The position numbers and the translations under genes were made by a program. Below, one piece after another: positions 1 through 8,981 of a stretch of DNA of 64,000 nt (its first letter is position 1; the number at the start of each line of letters is the position of its first letter). Origin of the DNA: Candidatus Omnitrophota bacterium (GTDB lineage Bacteria; Omnitrophota; Gorgyraeia; VGKH01). Below the pieces are notes generated by a model. That model ran no database searches. It was not told where the DNA came from and saw only the letters and a list, made by a program, of their open reading frames with translations. Location of the stretch: positions 22,247 to 86,246 of the forward strand of contig JAKLEP010000002.1 of NCBI GenBank assembly GCA_022703055.1, given 5' to 3'.

Positions 1-466
1 CGACTACTATCAAACAATATTTGCCGGTCTCTGATATGAAAATATCGGGTAAGCTAATAATTTCTCTGAAGGCGTCAGTAAACTTCTCTTTTTCTAAATC
101 GGAATTTATTTTTATAGCTAGCTGGGCAGTCTTGGGGACAATTGCCCTGGATTTGTCTACAAGGTATTTAAAATCATCTTTAACTTCTAATCCGCTGTTT
201 TTAAGAAAATTGAACAGGATCCCACCGACAAATTTTCTGGCAAAAACTTTAAGATCGCTGGAATTGAGATCCAAATACACATAGACAACCTGCTCATCCC
301 TAAATTTGTTTAAGAAGTGCTTAAGTACAGAAGTCTTGCCGCTAAGTTCTCGCCCGATAAGGGCTATATTCTGCCTATAGCCATCTCTAAAATTGCGCAC
401 TCGTTTATCGATAGCTTCCAATAAACTTGTTCTTCCGAAGAAATTATTAAAAGTATAAGCGTTCAT
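1..466 (-). CDS. P-loop ATPase, archaeal-type ATPase (Arch_ATPase/DUF234-like) family; N-terminal part only, C-terminus lies beyond the window start
   Basis: Minus-strand reading frame from ATG at 464-466 (TAATG overlap with the stop of the upstream gene) runs open to position 1. Translation MNAYTFNNFFGRTSLLEAIDKRVRNFRDGYRQNIALIGRELSGKTSVLKHF... carries a Walker-A-like GxxxxGKT motif. Absent from the ORF track because it has no stop in the window. Confidence 0.5.
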   Translation of the reverse strand, partial: MNAYTFNNFFGRTSLLEAIDKRVRNFRDGYRQNIALIGRELSGKTSVLKHFLNKFRDEQVVYVYLDLNSSDLKVFARKFVGGILFNFLKNSGLEVKDDFKYLVDKSRAIVPKTAQLAIKINSDLEKEKFTDAFREIISLPDIFISETGKYCLIVV

Positions 467-1143
467 TACGGTAAATAAAACATCGGGTTCTGCGATGAAT
501 AGCCTTTTCTGATTTCAAAATGGATAAAAGATTGCTTTCCATTATTTAATTTATCAACTTTGGCCAAGGAAAATCCCTGAGTGACATTTTTATTCAATTT
601 TACTTGTGGATTTGCAATATTAGCATAGACGGTAGAAAAATTATCGCCGTGGTCAATTATGATAGTTTTGCCATAGCCTTTTAAGTCTCCTAAGAATGTT
701 ACCTTGCCAGATTTTGATGCTAATACATCTTCCCCTGAAGTTGCATTAATATCAATGCCCTTGTTGACTCGCCCGGAAATTCTTTCTCCGTAATAGCAGA
801 TAACCTTGCCTTTTACCGGCCAGATGAAATATCCCGTTTTGACTGAAGAGCTGCTCGAGCTATCAAGGTCTATGATTTGACTGACTCCGGGAATAAAAAT
901 AAGCTGACCCTTCTCAATTTTAGTAGCGTCGGGAATCCGGTTTGCCCTGACGATTTCATCGAGAGAAACATCATAAGCCTTGGCAATCCTCCACAGCGTC
1001 TCTTTCGGCATAACTTTATGATAGACGCCAGACTTTTTTTGTGTCTCCGGGACACTTAAAACTGCCGATTGATAGCTAACGCAGCCAAAAAGAGATGTCA
1101 TAAGGATTATTACAGCAGTTAAATTTAGAAATTTATTTTTCAT
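466..1143 (-). CDS. LysM-domain M23 peptidase lipoprotein (NlpD/murein hydrolase activator-like)
   Basis: Lipobox signal MKNKFLNLTAVIILMTSLFGC; LysM motif YHKVMPKETLWRIAKAYDVSLDEIVRANRI; M23 motif GKTIIIDHGDNFSTVYANI. Confidence 0.8.
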   Translation of the reverse strand: MKNKFLNLTAVIILMTSLFGCVSYQSAVLSVPETQKKSGVYHKVMPKETLWRIAKAYDVSLDEIVRANRIPDATKIEKGQLIFIPGVSQIIDLDSSSSSSVKTGYFIWPVKGKVICYYGERISGRVNKGIDINATSGEDVLASKSGKVTFLGDLKGYGKTIIIDHGDNFSTVYANIANPQVKLNKNVTQGFSLAKVDKLNNGKQSFIHFEIRKGYSSQNPMFYLP

Positions 1144-1155
1144 ATTTACATTCAG

Positions 1156-1226
1156 AGCGGGCGAGCGGAATCGAACCGCCCTATCCAGCTTGGGAAGCTG
1201 GTGTTCTACCGATGAACTACGCCCGC
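1156..1226 (-). tRNA. tRNA-Gly (anticodon CCC), no encoded CCA
   Basis: Minus-strand sequence GCGGGCGTAGTTCATCGGTAGAACACCAGCTTCCCAAGCTGGATAGGGCGGTTCGATTCCGCTCGCCCGCT folds as a cloverleaf: acceptor GCGGGCG/CGCCCGC, anticodon stem CCAGC/GCTGG with loop TTCCCAA, T-loop TTCGATT, discriminator U. Confidence 0.8.
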
Positions 1227-2512
1227 AATTTTGTTTTTGAACAATTATCTATTAATCTTATTGAACAATAATCTCCGCACATGGTGCAAACATCAGACAA
1301 CTCAGCTTTTGATGAAGTCCTGTAAGCTAGTGCTTTATCCGGATCCATGGAAAGCCTGATCTGCTCTTTCCAGTCTCTTTTTTTACGGGCCAAGGATATT
1401 GCCTTATCCCAGCCTATTGCTCCGTTTATGCCTTTTACGATATCAGCTGCGTGCGCCGCAATGCGCGAAGCAATCAATCCTTCTTTTACATCATCCACCG
1501 ACGGATGCCTCAGATGCTCCGAAGGAGTAACATAGCATAAAAAATCAGCGCCTTTACTGGCAGCAATAGCTCCACCAATTGCGGAAGTTATGTGGTCGTA
1601 CCCTGGGGCAACATCAGTAACCAAAGGCCCTAAAACATAAAATGGCGCACCGCTACAAAGCTTCTTCTGCATAACTATATTATATTCTATTTCATCTAAG
1701 CGAAGATGCCCTGGCCCTTCGATCATAACCTGGACACCTTTATTTCTGGCTCTTCTTGCTAAATCACCAAGTATCTCTAGCTCGGAAAATTGCAACTTAT
1801 CTGAGCCATCTAAAATCGAACCTGGCCTGAGGCTATCTCCCAAGCTTAAGGTAACATCGAACTTTCTAGCAATCTTTAATATCTCATCGAAATGCTCGTA
1901 TAATGGGTTTTCTTGGTTTTTCTGCATCATATAGCTGGCAATCAAAGCACCGCCTCGGCTAACCACATCCAAAACCCTGACTTTATTTTTTAAGAATTTT
2001 AAATGTTTTTTTAAGATCCCGCTGTGGATTGTAAAGAAATCTACTCCGTCTTCTGCCTGCTCGTGAAGGACTTTTAGGATATCGTCCAACGTGATATCCT
2101 TAAAATCTCTTTTTTTCTTTTTCTGATTAACCGAAACTTCATAAATGGGGACTGTCCCGACGGGAATTGTGGAAAGCTTGATTATTTTCTTTCTGATATT
2201 TCTTAGATTGCCGCCAACGCTTAAGTCCATTATGGTATCAGCGCCGTAGCGAATTGCGACTTCTAATTTCTTGAGTTCATCTTCAATACCCGATTCATCA
2301 GTAGAGGTGCCAATATTAACATTGACCTTGGTCTTTAATCCTTCACCTATTGCGCAAATATTCTTAATGCGATGATTTATATTGGCGGGGATGACTGCCT
2401 TTCCTTCAGCTATCTTTTTCCGAAGATAAGCAGGATTTACATTCTCCTCCTTGGCTGCTTGCCGCATCCAAGAAGAAATCTTATTTTTTTTAGCTAGTTC
2501 TAATTGAGTCAT
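1217..2512 (-). CDS. thiC: Phosphomethylpyrimidine synthase ThiC
   Basis: 431 aa; C-terminal CX2CX4C cluster motif CTMCGDYCSIR and the conserved HLRHPSVDDVKEG block. The stop codon lies inside the 5' end of tRNA-Gly. Confidence 0.9.
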   Translation of the reverse strand: MTQLELAKKNKISSWMRQAAKEENVNPAYLRKKIAEGKAVIPANINHRIKNICAIGEGLKTKVNVNIGTSTDESGIEDELKKLEVAIRYGADTIMDLSVGGNLRNIRKKIIKLSTIPVGTVPIYEVSVNQKKKKRDFKDITLDDILKVLHEQAEDGVDFFTIHSGILKKHLKFLKNKVRVLDVVSRGGALIASYMMQKNQENPLYEHFDEILKIARKFDVTLSLGDSLRPGSILDGSDKLQFSELEILGDLARRARNKGVQVMIEGPGHLRLDEIEYNIVMQKKLCSGAPFYVLGPLVTDVAPGYDHITSAIGGAIAASKGADFLCYVTPSEHLRHPSVDDVKEGLIASRIAAHAADIVKGINGAIGWDKAISLARKKRDWKEQIRLSMDPDKALAYRTSSKAELSDVCTMCGDYCSIRLIDNCSKTKLRA

Positions 2513-3142
2513 TTAGTTAAGAAGCTTTTTAAATCTACTAACTCTTTCTTCGATATCTTGCGCCTGGCAAATCGCTTTTCCTACTGCGATCGTGTTTATA
2601 TCGTACTGCCGAATTTTAGGCAAATTTCCCAAATGTATGCCACCAAGGGCAAAAGATGGCAATCTAATACTTCTTTTTATTTCTTTTAAAACTTTTAAGC
2701 CTATTACAGGCTCTTTAGCTTTTGTCGAGGTAGCAAACATTGGTCCAATGCCGACATAATCCGCACCGCACTTTTGGGCAATCTTAGCCTGCCTTAAATT
2801 ATGGCAGGATACACCAATAAGAAAATTATCACCGACGACTTTCCTGGCGATTTCTATAGGCGTATCTTCCTGGCCTAAATGTACACCGTCGGCTCCGCTG
2901 GCCAACGCTACGTCGATATGATCATTTACAATAAATAATGCCTTGTTCCTGGAGAACCTTCTTAATACTTTGGCAAATCTCAAAATATCTCTGGTTTCGC
3001 CGTTCTTAAACCGTAGTTGAATTATATCGACTCCCGAATCAATAATCTTTCTGGCAATCGGTAATAGATTCCCGCCACATAAATCTTTATCCAGGATGGC
3101 GTAAAGCCTGGACTTTTTTAGCTGTCTTTTTTTCCAAATCAT
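2513..3142 (-). CDS. thiE: Thiamine-phosphate synthase ThiE
   Basis: 209 aa; LYAILDKDL start region and ...GADGVHLGQEDT... / GVSCHN / GADYVGIGPMFATSTK motifs typical of ThiE. The stop abuts the thiC start. The true start may be downstream of the annotated ATG. Confidence 0.8.
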   Translation of the reverse strand: MIWKKRQLKKSRLYAILDKDLCGGNLLPIARKIIDSGVDIIQLRFKNGETRDILRFAKVLRRFSRNKALFIVNDHIDVALASGADGVHLGQEDTPIEIARKVVGDNFLIGVSCHNLRQAKIAQKCGADYVGIGPMFATSTKAKEPVIGLKVLKEIKRSIRLPSFALGGIHLGNLPKIRQYDINTIAVGKAICQAQDIEERVSRFKKLLN

Positions 3143-3524
3143 AGATTTTATATCTCAAAGCCTTGAATTGCTGGGAAATTTCCTTATCGAATAATTTATA
3201 AAATTCTTCGATGACCCTCATTGATTCTTTGGATCTCTGGATATTGGCGATGAAGATATCCTGGAAATCCTTTCGTTTCAGCTCTAATTTAACAGATTCT
3301 TTACCGACATCTCTTACAATATCTCTTGCTTGGATAATACTTCTGGAACTCAAGGTTTTTTCAAGCGCATGAGAAACCTTATGCCTGATTTCTTTATAGT
3401 TCTTGGAGAGGGTTTTGTCGTCTAAAATGAAACGGCAGATATCCTCGCAGACTCGAAGACCTTCTTTTAACCGATTCAAATTAGCATCGATTATTCTTAA
3501 TACTTTGCTATCGACTTTTGCCAC
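3087..3524 (-). CDS. Hypothetical protein in the thi operon, overlapping the thiE start by 56 nt
   Basis: 145-aa ORF (MAKVDSKVLRIIDANLNRLKEGLRVCEDICRF...) immediately upstream of thiE in another frame. Basic and partly coiled-coil; no domain I can name with confidence. Confidence 0.4.
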   Translation of the reverse strand: MAKVDSKVLRIIDANLNRLKEGLRVCEDICRFILDDKTLSKNYKEIRHKVSHALEKTLSSRSIIQARDIVRDVGKESVKLELKRKDFQDIFIANIQRSKESMRVIEEFYKLFDKEISQQFKALRYKIYDLEKKTAKKVQALRHPG

Positions 3525-4008
3525 AGGAATTTTTAATTATGGATTTTATAATGTTGGTTGTGGAATATCCTTTAAGATACGGTATAATCTGGACTCTTCC
3601 TCCGTAGGACTCGACAATATCTTTTCCTACCACGTCGTCCTTCTTCCAGTCTCCGCCCTTTACAATAATATCGGGTTTCAGTTTTGAAATTAACTTTAAA
3701 GGGGTTGGCTCATTAAAAATAACGATATAGTCGACGCTGGCAAGTGAGGCCAATACGCTTGCGCGGTCTAACTCATGATTGATAGGCCGATTCTTATCTT
3801 TCTTTAAACTTCTTACTGAGCTGTCGCTGTTTAATCCGACAACCAAACAATCTCCCAGCTTCTTTGAATCTTCTAGATATTTTGCGTGCCCGTAATGCAA
3901 AATATCAAAGCATCCGTTGGTAAAAACCACGGTCTTATTCTTCTTTTTTAAACTCGAAAGCACTCTAGATAAGGCTTCCAGAGTCTTAACTTTATTATTA
4001 TTTTCCAT
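3508..4008 (-). CDS. D-beta-D-heptose 1-phosphate adenylyltransferase (RfaE/HldE domain II, cytidylyltransferase fold)
   Basis: VVFTNGCFDILHYGHAKYLEDSKKLGDCLVVGLNSDSSVRSLK is the HxGH nucleotidyltransferase signature of RfaE domain II; 166 aa. Confidence 0.75.
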   Translation of the reverse strand: MENNNKVKTLEALSRVLSSLKKKNKTVVFTNGCFDILHYGHAKYLEDSKKLGDCLVVGLNSDSSVRSLKKDKNRPINHELDRASVLASLASVDYIVIFNEPTPLKLISKLKPDIIVKGGDWKKDDVVGKDIVESYGGRVQIIPYLKGYSTTNIIKSIIKNSCGKSR

Positions 4009-4010
4009 GA

Positions 4011-4574
4011 TTATATCTGTTTCTCGACGAGTTCGCAGATTATATGCCCGATTGTGATATGCGTCTCTTGAATCCTGGCAGTTACTTTTGAAGAAACGAT
4101 CAAGCTGACATCGGCTGTCTTGGCAAGCAAACCGCCATCTACGCCAGTAAGACCTACCGTCTTTATGCCCATTTCCTTGGCTTTGTTTATACCTGCAATA
4201 ACATTTTTAGCTTTGCCACTGGTTGAAATACCTATAACTAAATCTCCCTTTTTGGCGATAGCCTCGATTTGCCGGGAGAATATTTCATCAAAGCCGTAGT
4301 CATTACCGATTGCTGTTATTATCGAACTATTAGTCGTGAGCGCAATAGCAGCTAAACCACCACGTTCTTTTTGAAATCTCCCCACTAATTCCGCTGCGAT
4401 GTGTTGGCTATCAGCAGCGGAACCGCCATTGCCAAAAAGAATTATCTTATTTCCATTCTTGAGACAATCAATCGCTATCTCCGCAATTTTTACAATCTCG
4501 TCAATATTGTTTTTTATTATTGACTCTTTTACCGCAATCGAATCTTTGATAATATTGGTTATTTCGTTTTTCAT
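4011..4574 (-). CDS. gmhA: Phosphoheptose isomerase (SIS domain)
   Basis: 187 aa; ILFGNGGSAADSQHIAAELVGRF and the GISTSGKAKNV SIS motif. Confidence 0.8.
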   Translation of the reverse strand: MKNEITNIIKDSIAVKESIIKNNIDEIVKIAEIAIDCLKNGNKIILFGNGGSAADSQHIAAELVGRFQKERGGLAAIALTTNSSIITAIGNDYGFDEIFSRQIEAIAKKGDLVIGISTSGKAKNVIAGINKAKEMGIKTVGLTGVDGGLLAKTADVSLIVSSKVTARIQETHITIGHIICELVEKQI

Positions 4575-4583
4575 ATTTTTAGC

Positions 4584-5612
4584 TTAGCCAAAGAATACCT
4601 TGGCAATGTCATAAAGATCCATATCAACGGTCTTTAATTCCTTGACCGCCTCATCCAGTGCAACATCGACTATCTTATTGCCCCGCAGACTAACCATGCG
4701 GCCGAATTTCTTATCTTTTACTAGCTCAACCGCCTTAACTCCAAATCTGGTCCCGAGAACTCTGTCATTTGCCGTAGGAGAACCGCCGCGCTGAATATGA
4801 CCTAAAACACTAACCCTTGTCTCAAAGCCGGTTTTCTGTTCGATTAACTGACCTAAGGCCTCACCGATTCCTCCAAGCCTAACATGGCCGAATGCATCCA
4901 ACTTTTCTTCCTGCACGACCATGCTGCCCTGTTTGAATTGTGCACCTTCGGCTACGACAACGATGCTAAATGTCTTTCCTCTTGCATGGCGCTTTTTTAT
5001 CAATTCGCAGACTTCTTCAATATCAATAGGGATTTCGGGAATCAAAATTATATCTGCCCCTCCGGCGATTCCGGCAAAAGTAGCAATCCAACCCGCGTGC
5101 CTGCCCATAACTTCAGCTACTATAATCCGATGGTGGCTTTCCGCCGTCGTATGCAATCTATCTATGCATTCCGTGGCGATATTTACCGCGGTATCAAAAC
5201 CAAAAGTATAATCCGTGGCGGAAAGATCGTTATCGATGGTTTTAGGGACACCGACGATATTTAATCCTTCTTTGACTAATTTATTGGCAACGCCGAGAGT
5301 ATCCTCTCCGCCAACGGCAATCAAGGCGCTAAGCCCTAATTTCTTGTATGCGTCTTTGGCTTTAGCTACATCGCCTTCTTTTTTATAAGGATTAGTCCTA
5401 CTTGTTCCTAAAATAGTTCCGCCCTTAGGAAGGATGCCTGATACTTTTTTCAAATCTAATTCTTCTACATCGTTCTCGATTAAACCCTTCCAGCCGTTCT
5501 TAATCCCAACCGTTGAATAGCCTTCTAAGAACCCTTTTCTCACCACTGCTCTGATTACAGGATTTAATCCGGGGCAATCTCCTCCGCCTGTAAGAATTCC
5601 TAACTTTGCCAT
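4584..5612 (-). CDS. pfp: 6-phosphofructokinase, pyrophosphate-dependent type by signature residues
   Basis: MAKLGILTGGGDCPGLN N-terminus. GGEDT (Asp at E. coli position 104) and VPKTIDND (Lys at position 124) match the PPi-PFK signature, not the ATP-PFK Gly/Gly. Confidence 0.8.
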   Translation of the reverse strand: MAKLGILTGGGDCPGLNPVIRAVVRKGFLEGYSTVGIKNGWKGLIENDVEELDLKKVSGILPKGGTILGTSRTNPYKKEGDVAKAKDAYKKLGLSALIAVGGEDTLGVANKLVKEGLNIVGVPKTIDNDLSATDYTFGFDTAVNIATECIDRLHTTAESHHRIIVAEVMGRHAGWIATFAGIAGGADIILIPEIPIDIEEVCELIKKRHARGKTFSIVVVAEGAQFKQGSMVVQEEKLDAFGHVRLGGIGEALGQLIEQKTGFETRVSVLGHIQRGGSPTANDRVLGTRFGVKAVELVKDKKFGRMVSLRGNKIVDVALDEAVKELKTVDMDLYDIAKVFFG

Positions 5613-5630
5613 TACGCTCCTTTCTTGTCT

Positions 5631-6245
5631 TTAAGCTCTGCCGTAACCTTTAAAAGGTATTGAGGGCTGTTCTAAATCTGAAGGCGGCTCTGTTGGCTCG
5701 CGCTTCTTCTCATCCTTTTTGGAAATAATCTTTGATATGTGAATACGGACGTTCACGTCTTCTTCTACTCCCAATATGTCCTGGACTCTTCCCTTTATCA
5801 TTTCCTGAACTCTCAGGGTAAAATCAGGAATGTTTACTTCAGAACGTAAAACAATCCTTAAATCTACATGAATTCCTTTTTTATTCACGATTACATCGGG
5901 CCTTACTTCTTTGACTTCCGGCAAATGCGCAGTTAATCTTTGCACCAAGTCTTCAACCGCCGATAGCGAAACGCTTACCTGACCGGAAGGATTAGTGAAA
6001 GCAATGGTTCTTTCTTTCTGAAACCTTCCCAGAATAAGTTGTGCAAAAGATGTGCTGATAAAAATAAGCAGAACTCCGGTCAACCCAACAACGATTCTTA
6101 AATTGATGTCGGTATAAGAAGAAGTCAACAAAAAGATAACCTGATCAAGCTTTAGCAGATGCAAAGTAAATCCGATGATTAAACCTCCCAGCATCGATAA
6201 TACCAGCGTGTAGAATAAAACTCCGATAGTGGAAAAAAATCTCAT
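5631..6245 (-). CDS. Membrane-anchored Asp23/Gls24-family (DUF322-like) protein
   Basis: N-terminal TM segments followed by an Asp23-like C-terminal region (…HVDLRIVLRSEVNIPDFTLRVQEMIKGRV…). Sits next to a second Asp23 gene and accBC. Confidence 0.55.
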   Translation of the reverse strand: MRFFSTIGVLFYTLVLSMLGGLIIGFTLHLLKLDQVIFLLTSSYTDINLRIVVGLTGVLLIFISTSFAQLILGRFQKERTIAFTNPSGQVSVSLSAVEDLVQRLTAHLPEVKEVRPDVIVNKKGIHVDLRIVLRSEVNIPDFTLRVQEMIKGRVQDILGVEEDVNVRIHISKIISKKDEKKREPTEPPSDLEQPSIPFKGYGRA

Positions 6246-6251
6246 TTTATC

Positions 6252-6599
6252 CTAGCCTCCTTGGATTTCGTGGACATTGACATTAATCTCTTTTATATTT
6301 AAATCAGTCGATTTCTCGATTGCATTTTGGATGCTTTCCTGCACGCGGCGGGCTGCTTCCGGAATATGCACGCCATATTTTACGGTTATAGCGACATCCA
6401 ATTTAATCTCGTTATTTTTATCCGTCTCGACTTTTATAGCCCCCGTATTTTGTTTCCCGAGGAAATTAAACAAACTGCCTCTTATCCCTTTATAAATCCC
6501 CACAACCCCATCAACTTCGGAAACTGCTATTGAAGTAAGGGCAGCGATGACATGATTATGGATACGGATTGTCCCCAAATCGTTCTTGGTGTCTTCCAT
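6252..6599 (-). CDS. Asp23/Gls24 family envelope-stress protein
   Basis: 115 aa; GTIRIHNHVIAALTSIAVSEVDGVVG… is a typical Asp23 (alkaline shock protein) N-terminus. Confidence 0.75.
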   Translation of the reverse strand: MEDTKNDLGTIRIHNHVIAALTSIAVSEVDGVVGIYKGIRGSLFNFLGKQNTGAIKVETDKNNEIKLDVAITVKYGVHIPEAARRVQESIQNAIEKSTDLNIKEINVNVHEIQGG

Positions 6600-7961
6600 C
6601 TATGCCTCCGTTTCCTTCTCTTGTTTGACAAATCTTTCAATAAAGTGTGTGGAGATGTCCCCTTTTATAAACATAGGATCGTCCATAATTTTCAGATGCA
6701 CCGGAACGGTTGTTCTTATCGGCGAGACGATAAGTTCTTCCAGAGACCTCTTCATTTTTCTAATCGCCTCTCTGCGATTGGACCCGTGCACAATTAATTT
6801 CGCCAACAGAGAATCATAATAAGGACTTATGTTATAACCGTTATAAATATGCGTATCTATACGTACTCCTGGGCCCCCGGGAAAATTAAGCCTCTCGATT
6901 AAACCGGGGCAGGGAATGAATCCGTTATCGGGGTCTTCGGCGTTTATTCTGCATTCGATAGCCGAACCGTTAAAATCTATATCGTCCTGTTTAAAGGCGA
7001 GTTTTTCTCCCGCGGCAATCTTGATTTGCTCTTTAACAAGGTCAATGCCGGTCACCATCTCAGTAACCGGATGCTCAACCTGGATACGCGTATTCATTTC
7101 CATAAAATAGAAATTCCCATGTTTATCTAATAAGAATTCTATTGTCCCAGCGCTGCGATAACCTGCAGCTTTAGCGCCTTTAACCGCCAGTTCTCCCATT
7201 TTCTTGCGTAATTTATTATCCAAGGCTGGCGAAGGCGATTCTTCTAAAAGCTTCTGATGACGCCTCTGAATGCTGCAATCTCTCTCGCCCAGATGCACTA
7301 TGCGACCGTAGTTGTCAGCTAAAATCTGAAATTCGATATGGCGAGGATGCTCTATATATTTCTCGATATAAACATCTGGATTGCCAAAAGCCGCCTCCGC
7401 CTCAGCTTGAGCCGTCATCAAAGCACTGATTAATCTTATATCATTATGACAGACACGCATGCCTTTTCCGCCGCCGCCGGCAGCAGCTTTAATTATCACA
7501 GGATATCTTAATCTTTTTGCGATCTTAATGGCATCTTCTTTAGTTTTTACTGCGGAGTGGCTGCCTGATACTATCGGCAGACCTGCCTTGCGCATAGTCT
7601 CGCGCGCAGCCATCTTATCTCCCATAAGACGCATGGCTTCAGGGTTTGGCCCGATAAAAGTAATATTGCAGGATTCGCATATCTCGACAAAGTGGGCATT
7701 TTCAGCTAAGAAACCGTATCCGGGATGGATTGCTTCAACGTCAGTAATTTCTGCGGCAGATATTATGGCGGGGATATTCAGATAGCTCTCAGAACTAGCG
7801 GCCTTTCCGATACAAATTGCCTCATCGGCAAAACGCACATGCAAGGAATCCTTATCGGCCTCAGAGTAGACAGCGACTGTCCTTATATTCATTTCCTTGC
7901 AGGCACGAATTACCCGAAGGGCTATTTCACCTCTGTTAGCGATTAGGACTTTAGAAAACAT
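6600..7961 (-). CDS. accC: Acetyl-CoA carboxylase biotin carboxylase subunit
   Basis: 453 aa; [26 protein letters not shown]…, ATP-grasp motifs, [14 protein letters not shown]. Confidence 0.9.
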   Translation of the reverse strand: MFSKVLIANRGEIALRVIRACKEMNIRTVAVYSEADKDSLHVRFADEAICIGKAASSESYLNIPAIISAAEITDVEAIHPGYGFLAENAHFVEICESCNITFIGPNPEAMRLMGDKMAARETMRKAGLPIVSGSHSAVKTKEDAIKIAKRLRYPVIIKAAAGGGGKGMRVCHNDIRLISALMTAQAEAEAAFGNPDVYIEKYIEHPRHIEFQILADNYGRIVHLGERDCSIQRRHQKLLEESPSPALDNKLRKKMGELAVKGAKAAGYRSAGTIEFLLDKHGNFYFMEMNTRIQVEHPVTEMVTGIDLVKEQIKIAAGEKLAFKQDDIDFNGSAIECRINAEDPDNGFIPCPGLIERLNFPGGPGVRIDTHIYNGYNISPYYDSLLAKLIVHGSNRREAIRKMKRSLEELIVSPIRTTVPVHLKIMDDPMFIKGDISTHFIERFVKQEKETEA

Positions 7962-7962
7962 A

Positions 7963-8418
7963 TTATGCAGGCTCTATTAAAATTAGATTTTGACCGAACT
8001 CGACCGGTTCGGCATTATCCACTAAGATATCTACTATCTTGCCTTTGACCTCAGACTTAATCTCGTTCATTAATTTCATGGCTTCGATGATACAAACGAC
8101 CTGGCCTATCTCTATCTCCTGGCCTATCTCAACGAAAGGCGCTGCCTCTGGCGATGGAGCACGATAAAATGTGCCGACCATTGGAGATTTTATCTCTACT
8201 GTTTTTAAGACGGTTTTTTCTTCGGATTTGGCTTCTTTAGAAGCAACGGACGGAGAAGCGATATGCTCGACTTTATATTCCGAAACAGGAGCAAAGCCTA
8301 TTGTTTCTTTGGCCTCTTTCTTAATCCGGATTTTAGTTCCTTCCCTTTCAATCTCAAGTTCTAAAAGATTATTTTCATTCATCAGATTAATCATCTCTTT
8401 TATTTCTTTGAGATTCAT
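7963..8418 (-). CDS. accB: Biotin carboxyl carrier protein
   Basis: 151 aa; biotinylation motif EAMKLMNEI near the C-terminus; ATGA overlap with efp. Confidence 0.85.
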   Translation of the reverse strand: MNLKEIKEMINLMNENNLLELEIEREGTKIRIKKEAKETIGFAPVSEYKVEHIASPSVASKEAKSEEKTVLKTVEIKSPMVGTFYRAPSPEAAPFVEIGQEIEIGQVVCIIEAMKLMNEIKSEVKGKIVDILVDNAEPVEFGQNLILIEPA

Positions 8419-8981
8419 CGTGCTATCCTTTCTACGTAGGTTCCTGTCCGGGTGTCAACCTTAATTGTATCGCCGGGATTAATAAACAAAGGAACTCCGA
8501 CTACGGCTCCGGTTTCAAGCGTCGCAGGCTTATTGCCGCTTTTAGCGGTATCGCCCTTTATACCGGGTTCAGTTTGAGCTATCTTTAAATCAATAAAAGT
8601 AGGAAGTTCGACTTTCATCAGCTTACCTTGAAAAAAGTAGGCATTGACATCAAGTTCATCTTTTAAGAATTTGACTGAATCACCCAAGTTATCATCAGAC
8701 ATCACAAAATCTTCGTAGTTTTCCTGGTCCATGAAATGGTACAAATCGCCATCATGATAACTATAGCGTAATTTCTTCTGTTCGATGAAAGCTTCCTGAA
8801 TCTTATCGTCAGTTTTAAAGGTTCTTTCTAAGACCGACTCAGTAGTTAAGCTTTTTAATTTTACCCTTACAAAAGCAGCGCCTTTGCCAGGTTTTACATG
8901 CTCTAAGTCTACAACCATGTAGACGTGATCGTTAATAAGAAGGGTTAGTCCAGTTTTTAATTGATTTATCGAGAGCGCCAC
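8415..8981 (-). CDS. efp: Elongation factor P
   Basis: 188 aa; HVKPGKGAAFVRVKLKSL… conserved KPGKG loop. Confidence 0.9.
   Translation of the reverse strand: MALSINQLKTGLTLLINDHVYMVVDLEHVKPGKGAAFVRVKLKSLTTESVLERTFKTDDKIQEAFIEQKKLRYSYHDGDLYHFMDQENYEDFVMSDDNLGDSVKFLKDELDVNAYFFQGKLMKVELPTFIDLKIAQTEPGIKGDTAKSGNKPATLETGAVVGVPLFINPGDTIKVDTRTGTYVERIAR

Noticed and set aside
21-284. Plus-strand 87-aa ORF at the window start
   Set aside because: It is antisense to a better-supported minus-strand P-loop ATPase gene (Walker A motif, TAATG coupling to the upstream gene).
1217-5700. TPP riboswitch upstream of thiC/thiE
   Set aside because: No intergenic space and no recognisable CUGAGA…ACCUGAUCUGGAUAAUGCCAGCG core by eye. 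Left as a finding to be tested with Rfam rather than called.
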